From: Rhodosorus marinus CCMP1338
Taxonomy: Eukaryota > Plantae > Rhodophyta
NCBI GenBank assembly: GCA_029953675.1
Contig: JAMWBK010000008.1
Coordinates: 992,001 to 1,056,000, forward strand
Direction of reading: 5' to 3'
DNA length: 64,000 bases
The notes under the pieces are model-generated. The model had not been told where the DNA came from and ran no database searches. It saw only the letters and a program-made list of their open reading frames with translations. This document shows, piece by piece, positions 24,153-36,764 of this stretch; position 1 is the first letter of the stretch, and every line of letters starts with the position of its first letter. Made by a program: the position numbers and the translations under genes.

Positions 24153-25210
24153 CTAGGAAGCAAAGGAACCGCACCACCAACAAACAACACATCAGCGTTC
24201 CTCAATTTTCCTCCGTCTCGTTCAACCGTTTGTAGTTCGTAAGCTAACGACAAAGCGTCTATCTGTCACCTTGAAAATCAGAAGAAAACCTACGTATCCA
24301 TCGAAACTGTTCCTCCAGCAAATCATCATTGTATCCAGTTGTTTCTCCCTAGATCAATCGAATAACAATACAAACTTCAAATTTTCAGATTCTGATACAT
24401 CATTTATTACGAGTTTTTTCAGTCCCATAAGGAAATAGTATTGAAAATGATGGTCGCTGGACTTTCATTGAATCTTCGAATCTGACAACAAGATTCGACC
24501 TTAGCCTTCTATGAACCAGAATCCACCAACTATGAAACCAGAATCTGTTCCTTTTTTGTCAAGTGGAAACCGAGCCTTTGCAAAAAAACAAACATTTTTA
24601 AGTCATTTTTTTGGTTTCCCGCGTCTTCCAGATTGCAATTATCCCTATCGATATTTGGAATCTGGTACCTGGTTTTCTCAACACTCGTTTTTGAAGATGC
24701 CCAGTATGGAATACCGGGTTGGCAAGGGGTTCAGTAACGGAAAACAAAGCTTTTCGCTTAGTTCGTGCGCTTCCAGTGTTTGGTATTTTTAGGAAAACCA
24801 ACTAGTGCCTTGTTGCAACAAGCTCTCATTGGCCCCACACGCCGGCCAAACGGATGTTGGATGTTTATAATTCGCCGGTTTTCCTATGAGGAAACTTTGC
24901 AGCGGCTTCTCCTACTAGTCGGTGATGACGATCACGCTGCTACAATCAAACACTTGGTGCTCATGGACGACTTATTGAGGGTGCAGAAGGTTTGATGCCA
25001 TCGGCCCAGGAAACACGTAAAGCCGATTCCGGCTCACCCTCCTTCCCCCCCACCCCAACCACAAACCTCGTTCTTGATCGTTCCGTGGCAGCCTGACATG
25101 TGCTCGCCACCGGTGGTGGGTGGTAAGCATGTTTATCCCGTCAATGCGGAGGGTTCCCCGATCCAGAATTCACCCTGACACCACTCCTTCACTACTTTGC
25201 AATTCCGCTA

Positions 25211-25502
25211 GTTTCAAATGCTACGGACGAGGTGGAACTTGAAGAATCTGCAGGGAGGGATCATCGCTGCGTCGAAGCCTTCATTAGTAACCCCTAACTC
25301 CATCCTTTCTTCGCCTCGCTGCAGATTCTTCAAGGTACCCCTCGTCGGCCGTATTTGAAACGAATGGAACGACAAAGCCGGGGAAGAGCTGTGACTTGCA
25401 TATTCAATAGTTTCAAATACGACCGAGGAGGAGTAACTTGAAGAATCTGCAAAGGGAGGCGTAGAAACGATCGAAGGCTTCGAGGCTGCGATGATCGCTC
25501 CC
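25211..25502. repeat. Cluster of three 43-bp repeats in +/-/+ orientation plus a 30-bp inverted pair
   Basis: Copies at 25211-25253 (+), 25319-25361 (-) and 25410-25452 (+), with invariant GTTTCAAAT and CTTGAAGAATCTGCA ends; a second pair at 25253-25282 and 25473-25502 is inverted with 27/30 identity. Confidence 0.92.
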
Positions 25503-26014
25503 AACCGATTCGAAAGATTCCCCCAATCTTTTCTAAAAAAACAAAAACCCACAATCTACTAATGGGACGGTATTCAGCGGAAAAGATCTATTTTTGGGTG
25601 AGAGGACGTCGCTTATTGCCTCTTAGCGTCACCTCCAGCATTTTGTTTCGATGAAGTTAGCCTTTTCAACGGCAAAAATGGGAGTTTGACCCTGCCAACA
25701 GGGATGGGTGAATTGAAGTCCTTTATCCGAAGCATGATCCTTCTTTGCTATAAATTTATTCGATAAAATTAGAAACTGTTTTTCGTTCTTCTGAATGCGA
25801 GACTGGATACTGAAGATTGGATCGGGAGCAGATGGAGATGGAGTGTATATGATATAATGTGAGCGGCTTTCCAGTCGCGGGGCTATCGCGATGATCGCTG
25901 AGGTATAGGTTGGGGAAGGAATCGTGCCCGTACCAAACAGTATTGCTAGTCGACGGCGTGAAGTGGTGGAGGAGAAGGAGGAGTTTGGGAGAGTCTCGCG
26001 CGCGTTTGAGAATC

Positions 26015-27853
26015 ATGTCTTTCCAGGAGCTTCCGTTTGGGCCGATCACCATCGACCCGGTTGTGTCGTCGTATGTACTGCTGCCATTCACTTGGATCCT
26101 GGCCGTCTCCCTGGTGGTAACGTTCTGGCAAGGTGGCTCTATGGGAGCAAACGACGTGTCTAATAGCTTCGGTACTTCTGTCGGTTCCCGGGTGCTGACA
26201 GTGAATATGGCCTGTATTCTTGCAGCCATCTTCATCACCCTTGGGGCTCTGGCCCTTGGCGGTCAAGTGGCAAAGACTGTGGGAAAGGGTATTGTTAACT
26301 ATGATGCTTTCAAACCTATCCCGGGGCTGTACATGCTTGGAATGATGACTTCCTCCATGGCCACTGGACTTTGGGTGTCGATAGCAACAGTATTGTCACT
26401 GCCAGTCAGTACTACTCACTCCATTGTGGGTGCGACCATTGGGTTTGGCCTAGTGCAGCTGGGAGCGAATGGTATTGACTGGTGGCCAGGAGTTGGTAAG
26501 ATTGTCATCTCCTGGATTGCATCACCACTGCTGTCCGGAGTCTTCTCGTCTGTCTTCTACGTGATCGCAAAGTATTGGATTGTGAAGCCGTTTAGGGATA
26601 CCCACAACTACGATCCAGAGTGGAGGCCGATTGCGCTGCGCAGGCAGAAAATCTATGTCTGCGTCGTTTGGTTCTTGGTGACTTTTACGGTGGTTATGTT
26701 CATCTGTACCACTGTGCGCGACGATTGGTATGGTCCCGCGGCCGGAATTGCGATCGGAGCCGCAGTTGGCGTAGCCCTGGTGGGATATTTCTTCCTTATT
26801 GATTTCACGAACCGGAGGCTAGACAACATGGAACTTCGAGGAGGATTTATTGAGGACGAAAAGGAGCAGCTGATTGATGAAATATTGAGAAACGAAGAGG
26901 ACGATGCCTTTGACTTGGTGAAGAACAATGATAGCGGAATGGCCACCACCGATGGAGCGAACATCATTGATGCCGGAGTTAAGAACTTTGACGATGAAGA
27001 TGCGGAGGCCCAGCCGCATGACGCCGGAAAATTCAGCTCGATGCCTGTCGATGAGGTATACCTCTCACGTAATGGCAGCACGATAACTATCGCCAGATTG
27101 AAGGAGGAGCGCAAGCCGAATATGTTGCAGAAGGTCGGAGGTTGGATCACGAAGTACCTTGGAGGGGGGGGAAACAAGAAGGATGTCTCTATGTATGCTC
27201 CTGATGACATCTGGGACCTGCAGCTGGAGAAGCGTTTTGCTGGTGGTCAGGTCATGTCTGCATGCTACGAAGCATTTGCTGCCGGGGCCAACGATATTTC
27301 CAACGCAGCCGGTACTCTGATGGCAGTCTACCAGACGCTCCAGACGGGTAATCTGGTGGACAAACCGGATCCTGTGTATTGGGCTCTGGCATACAGTTGC
27401 GTCGGTATTATCTTCGGTTTGTATTTTTTCGGGACCAGAGTTATGCACACCATTGGAGAGAACCTGACTGTCCTAACTCCCCTGCGAGGTCTTTGTGCGG
27501 AATTGGCCACCGCTTTCACCGTGCTAATTGCGTCGTACATTGGTATCCCGGTGTCCACGACGCATTGTTCGATAGGAGCCGTTTTGGCCGTCGGCTTCTT
27601 CGAGCCGGATGGGTTTAAGAAGGCGAATTATGGCTTGGTTGGAAAGATCATCTTGTCTTGGATCGTCACTCTCCCAATCGCCGGAGGGGTGTCGGCTTTG
27701 ATCTACGTGATTTGCCAAGGCGCGGTGACTGCTGCGCTTGGTTTCTACCCGAACGTCCTGCCGGGTGAGGAACAGTTGCCTTTCGCGATGACTTGCGATC
27801 CAGTTTTCCTCGAGAGTGCCACCTGCTCGTATTCGGAGTCAACCTCTACATAA
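26015..27853 (+). CDS. PiT / PHO4-family inorganic phosphate transporter, single exon (612 aa)
   Basis: Both PiT signatures (GANDVSNSFGTSVGS and GANDISNAAG), LPVSTTHSIVG / IPVSTTHCSIG, multiple TM helices and a central acidic loop. Confidence 0.97.
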   Translation: MSFQELPFGPITIDPVVSSYVLLPFTWILAVSLVVTFWQGGSMGANDVSNSFGTSVGSRVLTVNMACILAAIFITLGALALGGQVAKTVGKGIVNYDAFKPIPGLYMLGMMTSSMATGLWVSIATVLSLPVSTTHSIVGATIGFGLVQLGANGIDWWPGVGKIVISWIASPLLSGVFSSVFYVIAKYWIVKPFRDTHNYDPEWRPIALRRQKIYVCVVWFLVTFTVVMFICTTVRDDWYGPAAGIAIGAAVGVALVGYFFLIDFTNRRLDNMELRGGFIEDEKEQLIDEILRNEEDDAFDLVKNNDSGMATTDGANIIDAGVKNFDDEDAEAQPHDAGKFSSMPVDEVYLSRNGSTITIARLKEERKPNMLQKVGGWITKYLGGGGNKKDVSMYAPDDIWDLQLEKRFAGGQVMSACYEAFAAGANDISNAAGTLMAVYQTLQTGNLVDKPDPVYWALAYSCVGIIFGLYFFGTRVMHTIGENLTVLTPLRGLCAELATAFTVLIASYIGIPVSTTHCSIGAVLAVGFFEPDGFKKANYGLVGKIILSWIVTLPIAGGVSALIYVICQGAVTAALGFYPNVLPGEEQLPFAMTCDPVFLESATCSYSESTST

Positions 27854-27988
27854 GGATGGGAAACAGTCGTGTAGGACCACCGCCTTCATGAATGACCTGC
27901 CTTTGCTTAGCAAACTGAAGCAGTGAGAAGGGCTTCACAGATGGACTTGTTTTTGTCGGTGGTGTGCGCTTGGTACACCTTGCGCTTG

Positions 27989-28019
27989 TTGCGATATTTG
28001 CGATATTTGCGATATTTGC
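27989..28019. repeat. 9-bp tandem repeat (TTGCGATAT) x3.4
   Basis: Read directly in the sequence. Confidence 0.9.
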
Positions 28020-29035
28020 TTCTTAGACCAGTACTTGTTGAAGTTGAAGACACTGCGCGGTTGCAGTGTGGTATGCAACTAGTAGCATCCTGTCCCTGAT
28101 TTGGGATGTGCAAGTACATTGCAGGCATGACAACCACGAGTGACTGCTATTGAGGAAATCCGTCCTCGGTTGCGACAAAGGGTACGCTGTGGAGGACGCG
28201 CTCTCTTACTGGTAGTCGCTTCCAGCGCTAGCGGGTGGTCCATGACCCTGTCTTCAAGAGTTAGACAATGTGTGGGCGGATGGATGATACTGGGACAGCG
28301 TGAACTTGGCAGTGGTGCGAAGCTGCAATGCAGACAGGGCCTCAAAGGATCGAAGCTCGTCTCAGGTACACTTCTCGCACTTGAGCCGGTAACGCATCTA
28401 CCGGTAACGTGGATTTACCCTCGTTTATGGTCGTGCTCAGGGATTACCTGAGTCTTCACGCACTCAGGTTCTCCACTTGCAGAAATTCGCTTCCTCGCCA
28501 ATCAAGAGGCTGGCATGAGTCATCAAGCTCCGATCAAAATGGGTTTTTGATTAGGGGTGTTCGTACTAGTTGTCCGTGCCACGCGCATATGAGTAAAGCA
28601 TCAGTTCTCACAGGTTTGCGTATTGTCGTACTGCTTTGAAACGGGTCAATAAAGTTTAAGTAGCAACGCATTCAGACCACCACTGCGCGACGACGAAGGG
28701 CGCGGTACCCTCAGACCATCGAATCTGACCAGATTTGCAAGCGGGGACTGAGCGGTCGCCAGAAGCTTTCAGCTCTGGTACACTCACGCACAACGGCGGC
28801 AAAGCGATCGCGGATTTTGGAAGCCTCTAACCAAGGCATGTCGACGCATAAGATCTTTTGAACCTTATGGGTTATTCACATAGACCAGTGTCGCTTTCAA
28901 CGTATCCTAACGTGGGCGTGCTCTTCGAGTGTTATGTCATATATTGTAAACGAAAATTACTCTCGTTGTGGTGCGGTCACGTTAGTCTGGGGCAGCAACC
29001 GCCTTTCCCTCAGGTTGAGACGCAAAATCAGGTCC

Positions 29036-30874
29036 TTAGGTAAGCTTTGCATCCCACGTCCGTAGGTGAGAGTTGAGCAAGTGGATGGTCAGTTTCTTCG
29101 CTCTCGCGTCCTCGCTCGAGAGATCCTTCGCGCTGATGCTGTGCACGATCTGAACCGTTTCCTTTAAAGACGTGAGCTCCTCGCGCGATATTGGAGTTTC
29201 GTTCCCTTCTTCCTCCTCAATATCCACTTCATCTGCGAAGAGAACGCTCAAGTCCGAAAGCCATCGAAGTCTACGTGGCATCTGGGAAGTGTCGTTCTTC
29301 GCTAACACGTTCAGGACCTGATCAACCACAGCGCAAAAGAAAGGTCAACAAGAGCCTCTTCCACAAACCAGCAAGAAGCTCCAACGGCTCTGAAAGTGAG
29401 ATTTCATTTGTCATGGAGCTTACCAGCACAGTATCGTGATAGTTCAGTTTCGACGAAGATTGACCGGGCTCTACATCATCCGCCAGAGTAGCTTCCACCG
29501 TTGTACTAAGGATATCTGCATCCTTGAGCCCACAAGCCAGCTTCAGTGCACCACCATAGTCTCCGGCCACTAACATCTGTTTTACTTGGGCCAGCCGGGA
29601 ACTCGCATCGGCCATGGACGTTTGACCCGCTTCTCGGGAGGCGGAGTTTGCAGCAAGCGCCTCGCTTACTGCGTTTTGGGCTTTCTTCAGATCCGCAAGA
29701 TCGCCGGAGAGCCCTCCAGAGCCTTGGCGTAATGGGATCGTTATTTTCTGCTCAACTTCATTTCCAATCGCCCTGAAAATCGGGAAAGATGAACAAAAGG
29801 AGATCAAACCCTCGGTGAGGCCCACATCTCGGCTGATTGGAGCAAGTCCGTTGCAAGCGCTCTGTCGTACACTGAAAAGCTCGAAAGGAAAGATCTTGTG
29901 GAATCTTCAAAACTTGGAAGGAGAACCTTGATGAAAGCCGCGCCGAAAGCTTCGCGCACCTACTCCAACACGAAATGGATACAAGGCTGTTAGAGGCGAA
30001 TTTGGAAGCTGGCAATCGATTCCTGGTTGGCTTGAATACCTTGGCTGATGTGGCTACTTTCTGGAGCGCTTCTGCAGTTGCACCGGAAACTTCTTCCTTT
30101 GTACTAGCAATCGCTGCTTCAATGGCAGTTTTAAAGGGGCTCTCAGTTGATTCTCGAATCGATTTGTTCAATGTCGCACTAACGTCCTCGGCTACTTTCG
30201 CGATTTCTTCCGCTATCTTCGCTTTGATGACCTCCGGTAGGTATTCATTAATGGTGCTCGACATAGATCGAAGTAAATTCTTCTGCATCTCACTGGGTCC
30301 AGGGCACAAACAATCTCGAGGTAAGCGGAAAACGTGCTGCGTGGTGATAATTCTGCGAGCTCTCTCCGCACAACTAACCTATAGGATTCGTCCAGTCGAG
30401 ACTGCTCCGCTTCCACAAGTGCACACATCTGTGATTCCATTTCAGCTCCAGCTTCAGAAGCCAATGAACTCATGGAGCTAAGCAATTCTTGATACTCCGG
30501 TGGTACATCTTTGAGCTCTTCGAAGAGGCGAATCCATAACAAAGTAGAGTTTTCACAGATGGCAATGATTAATCATTCGAAAACGACATCCGCAAATCGC
30601 TTCCAAGGTAGAGCAATAAAGATCAGGGAGTAGCTCTGCTGGATCGCGAAGATCACACAAGTACGTGCTCACACACAAGGCTACGAGCCAACAACACTCT
30701 CATTCAGAGATGACTACAGACCCACTTACCTACAGGCTTCGGGGGAGGAACGGCGCTGCTGGATCTCGGTGATTCAGTATCAGGCCTTCTCAGTAACGTC
30801 TTGTGTTCCACACTTCCACCACCAGAAGCTGGCGGAATCGGTCCAGATCGTTTCAATATCTTAACATTCTGCAT
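29036..30874 (-). CDS. EDC4 / Ge-1 / VARICOSE-like protein (coiled-coil plus C-terminal domain), multi-exon
   Basis: VKQMLVAGDYGGALKLACGLKDADIL, RRLRWLSDLSVL and terminal KLTIHLLNSHL resemble the Ge-1/VCS C-terminal domain, preceded by long coiled-coil exons; the start codon is tentative. Confidence 0.72.
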
Positions 30875-33578
30875 TCTTCGACTCTGTCTCCTCACCCTTG
30901 CACGTTTTGAAATTCTACAATTCTCTATCGAAGGTGCTATACTTCTCCGCGATTCGCATTAATATGTTCCTATTGAACCACGTTCAACGTTTACACCTTC
31001 ACTCTAAACCCAACAATCCATCCACCACCAAATCGTACAAGCCGAGCTCATCTTCTTCAGCTCGTTGGATCTTAGCAGATTTGATGCATTGACTCGCTAG
31101 TACGGGGGGCTAGTCTCGAAGATATGGGATGGTCACTGAGAAAAGGCTCAGGTTTGGTGTTCATTTCATTCGCTTTCGACTATGGACCATCCAAAGCTGC
31201 TGAAAAGGGGGTTGGCGTGGCCGAGATTGCGGCGTATGGGCGAAAACATGGAAAACGTGAAGATGAGTCCTAATTTAGGACATATTATTCCTTTATACCT
31301 TAATCTATGTGTTTTTGAGAAGTATGTCCTTGATTTAGAACTTTTGTGCTGCGCTTATGAATTGTTTGTATAGCTTTCAGACTGCTGGTGAGGGTAGGTG
31401 CGTCTCTAGATCGGTTCCTGAGCACCCCTCCCCTCAAAGTTGCGAAGCTTGAAATTTTGTGCAGAGGCGTGCAGATGCGAAGCAGCGGTACAGGGAGAGG
31501 CTTCGTCTCTCGCGAATAGGATGCTTAAATTTCAAGGGCGACAGGGTGAGATCGGTGCTCAGGCACGGCGTGAAGCAGCCTCGGCAAGTGCTGGGCTATT
31601 TGTGCAATAGAGTGGCGTAGGAGTGGGCAACATTCTGCACCGCAGGAGTTATGCCCCGCCTGACCAGCTGGAAGTAGCGTTTCAAGGAACTTGACTCTTG
31701 GAGAATTTTTCCTCTAGTGCTCTTTCTCTTTCGCGGAGAAAACTTTTCAGTGCTCAACCATGTTGAAGATCCTATGTTCTGGAACAAATTGGTTAATCTC
31801 GGTTCATGGTGCCCATGTGCTGGTCGAGCTGAAGCCACTACTTCAATGGTAACCGAGTGTACAGCCATACCATTGCCATAGCCCCAGACTCATGGACCCA
31901 TGTCTGGCGCTCAAAGGATCGGGCGCTCTAACCTATGGAGGAGGCACACAACTCGTTCACCAGCTCCGTGAGCTGGAAGAACTGGGAGCAATGTCTTTGA
32001 AACTGTAAAGGGGCACACCAGAACTCCCGAAAATCAGAGCACGCCCAATCTGTGCTCCCCACCTCGAGGAAAGATACCAGGCTGGTGAAGCGTGGGTTGT
32101 CAAAGGCGTCAAATACGCATTCATGGTTGGGACTCCTCCGCGTCATGGATTGCTCCCGTCTGCTTCATGCGAAGCTACTGCGATTCCCAGCCAGTCCTTT
32201 ACATAGTGCCCTCGGCCTGGGTTCCCGTGTGCCAGATCCACGGGGTGAGCAAAACGATCCTGATATTAAAAATAAAATCCAACAAATCAGTATGATTGGG
32301 ACAAAAAAACACACGCTTGGACATTGGGACAGTTGTTTTAATAGACTGTATTTATAACACAAGAAAATAAAACAGAGACAGTCTTAGAGTACTGAATAAG
32401 CAGTCAGGTTGATGATTCAAGATTCTGACAGATTAGATTAGAAATTAAAGGATCACCGCAAAATTTAAGCCGAGTATTCTGCAGATAGTAATATTTTATG
32501 AAATCGTGATGCGGAGCCTTTTTCTATCGCTAAACTATAAATTCCACTGACGGCTACAAATCCCTCTTTATCGCTATATTTTAGGGTAACTCCAACTTCA
32601 ATACAACTATTGGTCCTTAGCTTCGATTTTCCATGCAAAACCCATTCTCCATTGGACAAAATCAAAAAACACAATCAAAACCCGATATGTATTTTGATAA
32701 CAATTTTATCGATAGCATCTATTCGTTTATAACAAGAAAGAATTTTCGATTATATATACCGACATATCCTTTTCTCAACCAGACACCCATCGATCATCTA
32801 CACCTGACAATGTGCTTCAATTTATACCTTCCTTTCCCCCCCTGCTCCAGCGCACCCCACCACTCTGATTTCTAATCTTAAAAGTTACCACAAAACTCAG
32901 ATATTTTTTCTTCGACGCTGCATGCCAAATTCCACCGAAATATTTTACATAATACGAATAAATGATTTTTGCGCTAAGGATTAGGAGGGGTAAAATACTT
33001 CAAAGGAGGGAATGGAGAAAACGTTTAGGTAAAAAGACCGACAAGGCCGTTTAAAATTGAATTGGCATTTTTGAATGGAATCGGAGAGGAGGAGAGGAGG
33101 CGGGGAAAGGAGGGGGGGGTGGGAGGCCGGGTTGAGGGTGGTTGGGGGGGGACCGTGTTACCAGTAACTTGGCTTTTTTTTGTAGAATTGTTGAAAGGGA
33201 TGATGGTGTTTGTATTTTATTTTTTTTGCTTTGCGCATTGAGGATGGGGTCCTGTGAGCGGGGTTTTTGGTAATTGAGAGAGTAGGGAGTGTAGACCTAC
33301 GTCTGTCTGATGGGGGAAGGGAGGAATGTATATAAGAAAGATCTTCGTCAGTTGGAGGAGGGGGGTGGTGGGTTTAGTAGGTGGATGGAATGAATATGGG
33401 TGGAAGGGTTTAGTAAGACGATTAGCCTGTGAGTTTTTTTAGTTTTTTCTTTCTCTCGGTTGCCCTGGGGGATTTTTTGGTGAGGGGAAGTTTTGGACGG
33501 AGTGTTTTTGGTTGGGTTGGATAGTCAAGAGACGGGAGAGCAGTGTTGGGAAGCCTTTTTGAGGGTAGTTGGGTCGTT

Positions 33579-35623
33579 ATGTTTTTATTGACTGATCAGA
33601 CCAATTTTGGTGTGGACGCGGTGTCCGGGATCTTTGAAGATGGCTATTTGGACTTCGTGCTGAAGGGCCTGACGATCCTTGCTGCTTTTGTCGTCTGGTG
33701 TGCTGTGCTGGAACAAGTGCGATATTATAAGCATGGATCGAGTCAGTTTCCTGGACCAGTCACTGTCGTTCCTTTTGTAAACTCGCTGTTGGAAATGGTA
33801 CTGCTGTTCCTCTGACTTTCGGTATTTGCATCGGAGTACTGTTGTCTCGGGTTCTATGTGCTGGTTTCTTTGTCTAACCCTTCAGCACGATCCTCTCCTT
33901 GGTTGTAGGTAAATGATCCAGAGGAATTCTGGAAAAGACAACACGCCTATGACGAGGAAGGAATATCGTGGAACGCTTTGCTGGGACGCCTCTCACTTGT
34001 AGCTACTGATGGCGATCTCGTCCGTAAGGTTCGTCTGTACCATAAGCTTATTATCGAAAGAGCCTCCAGGGAGAGCTGTTCTCTTGTTTCTGAAACGTCA
34101 ATTGCAATAATGTGAACAGATCCTGTCAAGCAACGGCCCGGACTCCTTCTTCATGGAGATTCACCCAAACGCGAAGCAGATTTTCTCGAGCGGCAACATT
34201 GCCTTGCTCTGGGGAGACGTACATAAGGCCTTGAGGAGATCTTTCTTGAACCTCTTTTCAAGAAAGGCAATGAACACGTATCTCCCGATACAGGTGCGTT
34301 TTAGCCGACCTCGGTGTTCGTGTGCCTCAAGTAGGTAGTGACTTAGTTGCTATTTCCTGATCGTTTTACAGGAGGGAACTTCCCGGGAGACAATCAAGGA
34401 GTGGATGGAAACTGTTCAAGGTGATGAAATAGACATCAGGCACCTTATCCGGCCGTTGACCCTGACGGTGTCGCAGAGGCTTCTGGTTGGAAACTACCTT
34501 GAGGACCCGAAAAGGTTTGGTAAGAAGCCATTCGAGAACTCCACACACTTTTGCCAAACAGCACTAGGCGGCTGCCCATCAAGGTTATGGTTATGTTTGG
34601 ACGTCACGAGGCTCGAAGAAGATCCATGCTGATAGTTGCCGTCCCATGGTTTTTGGTTTCCAGGGGATGACTACCAATATATCAACGATGGAATGCTGTG
34701 TTTACCGATTAATTTCCCCGGTACAACGTTGTACAAAGCTTGCCAGGCCAGAGTCCGTCTGGAGGATGAGCTGGAGAAAATTTCTGCCAAGTCGAAAAGC
34801 CTTGTGGCCGCTGGCAAGGAGCCGGACTGCTTGCTCGACTACTGGGCGGAGAAAATCATACAGGAGTGCAAAGAAGCCGAGAAATTGGGAGTCGAAGGAC
34901 CTGAATATGCGGCACCCAGGCGAATGGCTGAGACCATGATCGACTTCCTTTTTGCTTCCCAAGATGCGTCAACGGCCTCCTACACGTGGGCGGTAAAGCT
35001 TCTGGCGGACTATCCTGATGTTCTTGCCAAGGTTAGGGACGAACAGGAGAGAGTGCGCCCGGGAAATTCAGAGTTCACGGCTGAGAGAATGGAAAGTCTC
35101 ATCTACACGAGAGCGGTGGTAATGGAGATTCTGAGATACAAACCCCCAGCGATGACCATTCCTCAAGCAGCTCAGAAAACTGTCAACGTGACTGAGAAAG
35201 TGCGAATCCCTAAGGGCACTCTGATTTTCCCTTCGCTCTGGGCTGCCAGGAATCACGGGTGGACTAATCCTGACTGCTTTGATCCCGAGCGAATGATGCC
35301 TCATCGGGACGAGATGTTGAAGGTATGCTTGTCAATGGGTAAACGCGGAGATCCTCTCACGTCTTCAGCTCCTGAACTATGTTTTGGTTGCTCTATTTCT
35401 GCAGAACCGTGCCAACTTCTTGACCTTTGGAGCCGGCCCGCATTACTGCCCTGGAAAGGAGCTTGCGATCAGCAATTTGATCGTGTTCATCTCGTTGTTC
35501 TCAGTCCTCGCAGACTGGACACGGAGAGATACAATCGACTCTGATCGAATTTGCTATTTGCCGACCACGTATCCATATGATTGTCTGGTAACGATGGAGA
35601 AACGTGCGCCCGTGTCGTCATGA
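33579..35623 (+). CDS. CYP710: Cytochrome P450 CYP710 family (sterol C-22 desaturase, ERG5/CYP61-related), multi-exon
   Basis: N-terminal TM anchor plus FPGP, I-helix DFLFASQDAST, EILRYKPPA, FDPER and heme motif FLTFGAGPHYCPG; the start is approximate. Confidence 0.95.
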
Positions 35624-36764
35624 TGGTACGCTCGGGCACACCAGCTACCGGAAATTTTGTTGCACGTTCTTTGTTTGTGGTTGAGCACGTGAATCTCGCC
35701 TTAAAAGTGCTGCGGAAAGGGAAGCGAGTGAGCTAGGCGTTTTCGAGTCCCGGATGACAAGCGTGTTGATTGCCGTCAGCCGATCTAAAGAATAGTATAG
35801 TAATCAAAGAAGCATCTAACCAAACCCTTGTTGCTTAAAGGAAGACCTAGAGGGGAGAATGGCGATACCGGAGAAATCGAAGTAGGCTTCCGCAATCCAT
35901 GTAGTCCCGAACAACGCACTCCGATCCGCGCGAGGCTTCTTCCAGTCTAAGAGGCTTGTCTAGAGCACAGTGCCATCACATGACCGACGAAAGCAGCGCA
36001 GACCCAGTCTCGGAATTCAGAATTCGAGACGAGGACTTGCAAGGTCCTGCACGTTCTTCCAAGCTCGTAACGGGTCCTGCTAACTAGCGCATCAATATAT
36101 CTTATCGACGTTCTAAAAACGAATCAGAACCGTCCAGAACGGGGTGCGTCCATCTGCCCACTGGAAACCGAAAACAAGAAAAACCAAGTCCCAAAGTAAA
36201 ATTGACTTCACGCTTAGAGATACATTGACTCCGTAACTAGAGCCGCTTCAATACCAGTGACCAGCTACCCAAACGTGCTCTTTCAACGTCCGCCTTCCAA
36301 TGCTGTCCATATACCGTCAAGTTGTACCTAGCTCCAACCCACCTCCCACAATCAAACCGCAAAAGCAAGCCACTAAAACCAATCCAACTAGACTTGTCCA
36401 AATTCCCGCCAAAATATTTCAATCAATGTGCTTTCTGTAGAGATTGAATAAAAACTCTCGTGATCCAAAAAATTGAGGTTGTCGATAACTTGAAATCCTG
36501 TTGCGGCATTGGTTGCGAGCATGAAGCTGATTGGAGCTGAGTGGGTATACTGGGGGACAGACAATGTTGGGGACAGCGATACGGCTTGAGAACAGATGAC
36601 CTAGAGAGTGCAAAATTCTTATTCTGGAGAGAATAGTCTGTCGGAGGAGCGGATTATCAGTATGGAAGTGTATATGATAGGATTGAAATAAGGAATTTGT
36701 GGGTTTGGGCGCGTGAGGGGATGGGCTTTGTTGATGAGGCGAAGGAGCGAAGGTGGTTTGTTAG

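Noticed and set aside
25211-25452. CRISPR-like repeats beginning GTTTCAA
   Set aside because: Only three copies, in alternating orientation, with variable interiors and irregular spacing; no cas genes; eukaryotic context.
9977-27853. Phosphate/polyphosphate gene cluster (VTC1-like plus PiT)
   Set aside because: The genes are 15 kb apart with unrelated genes between; compatible with chance.
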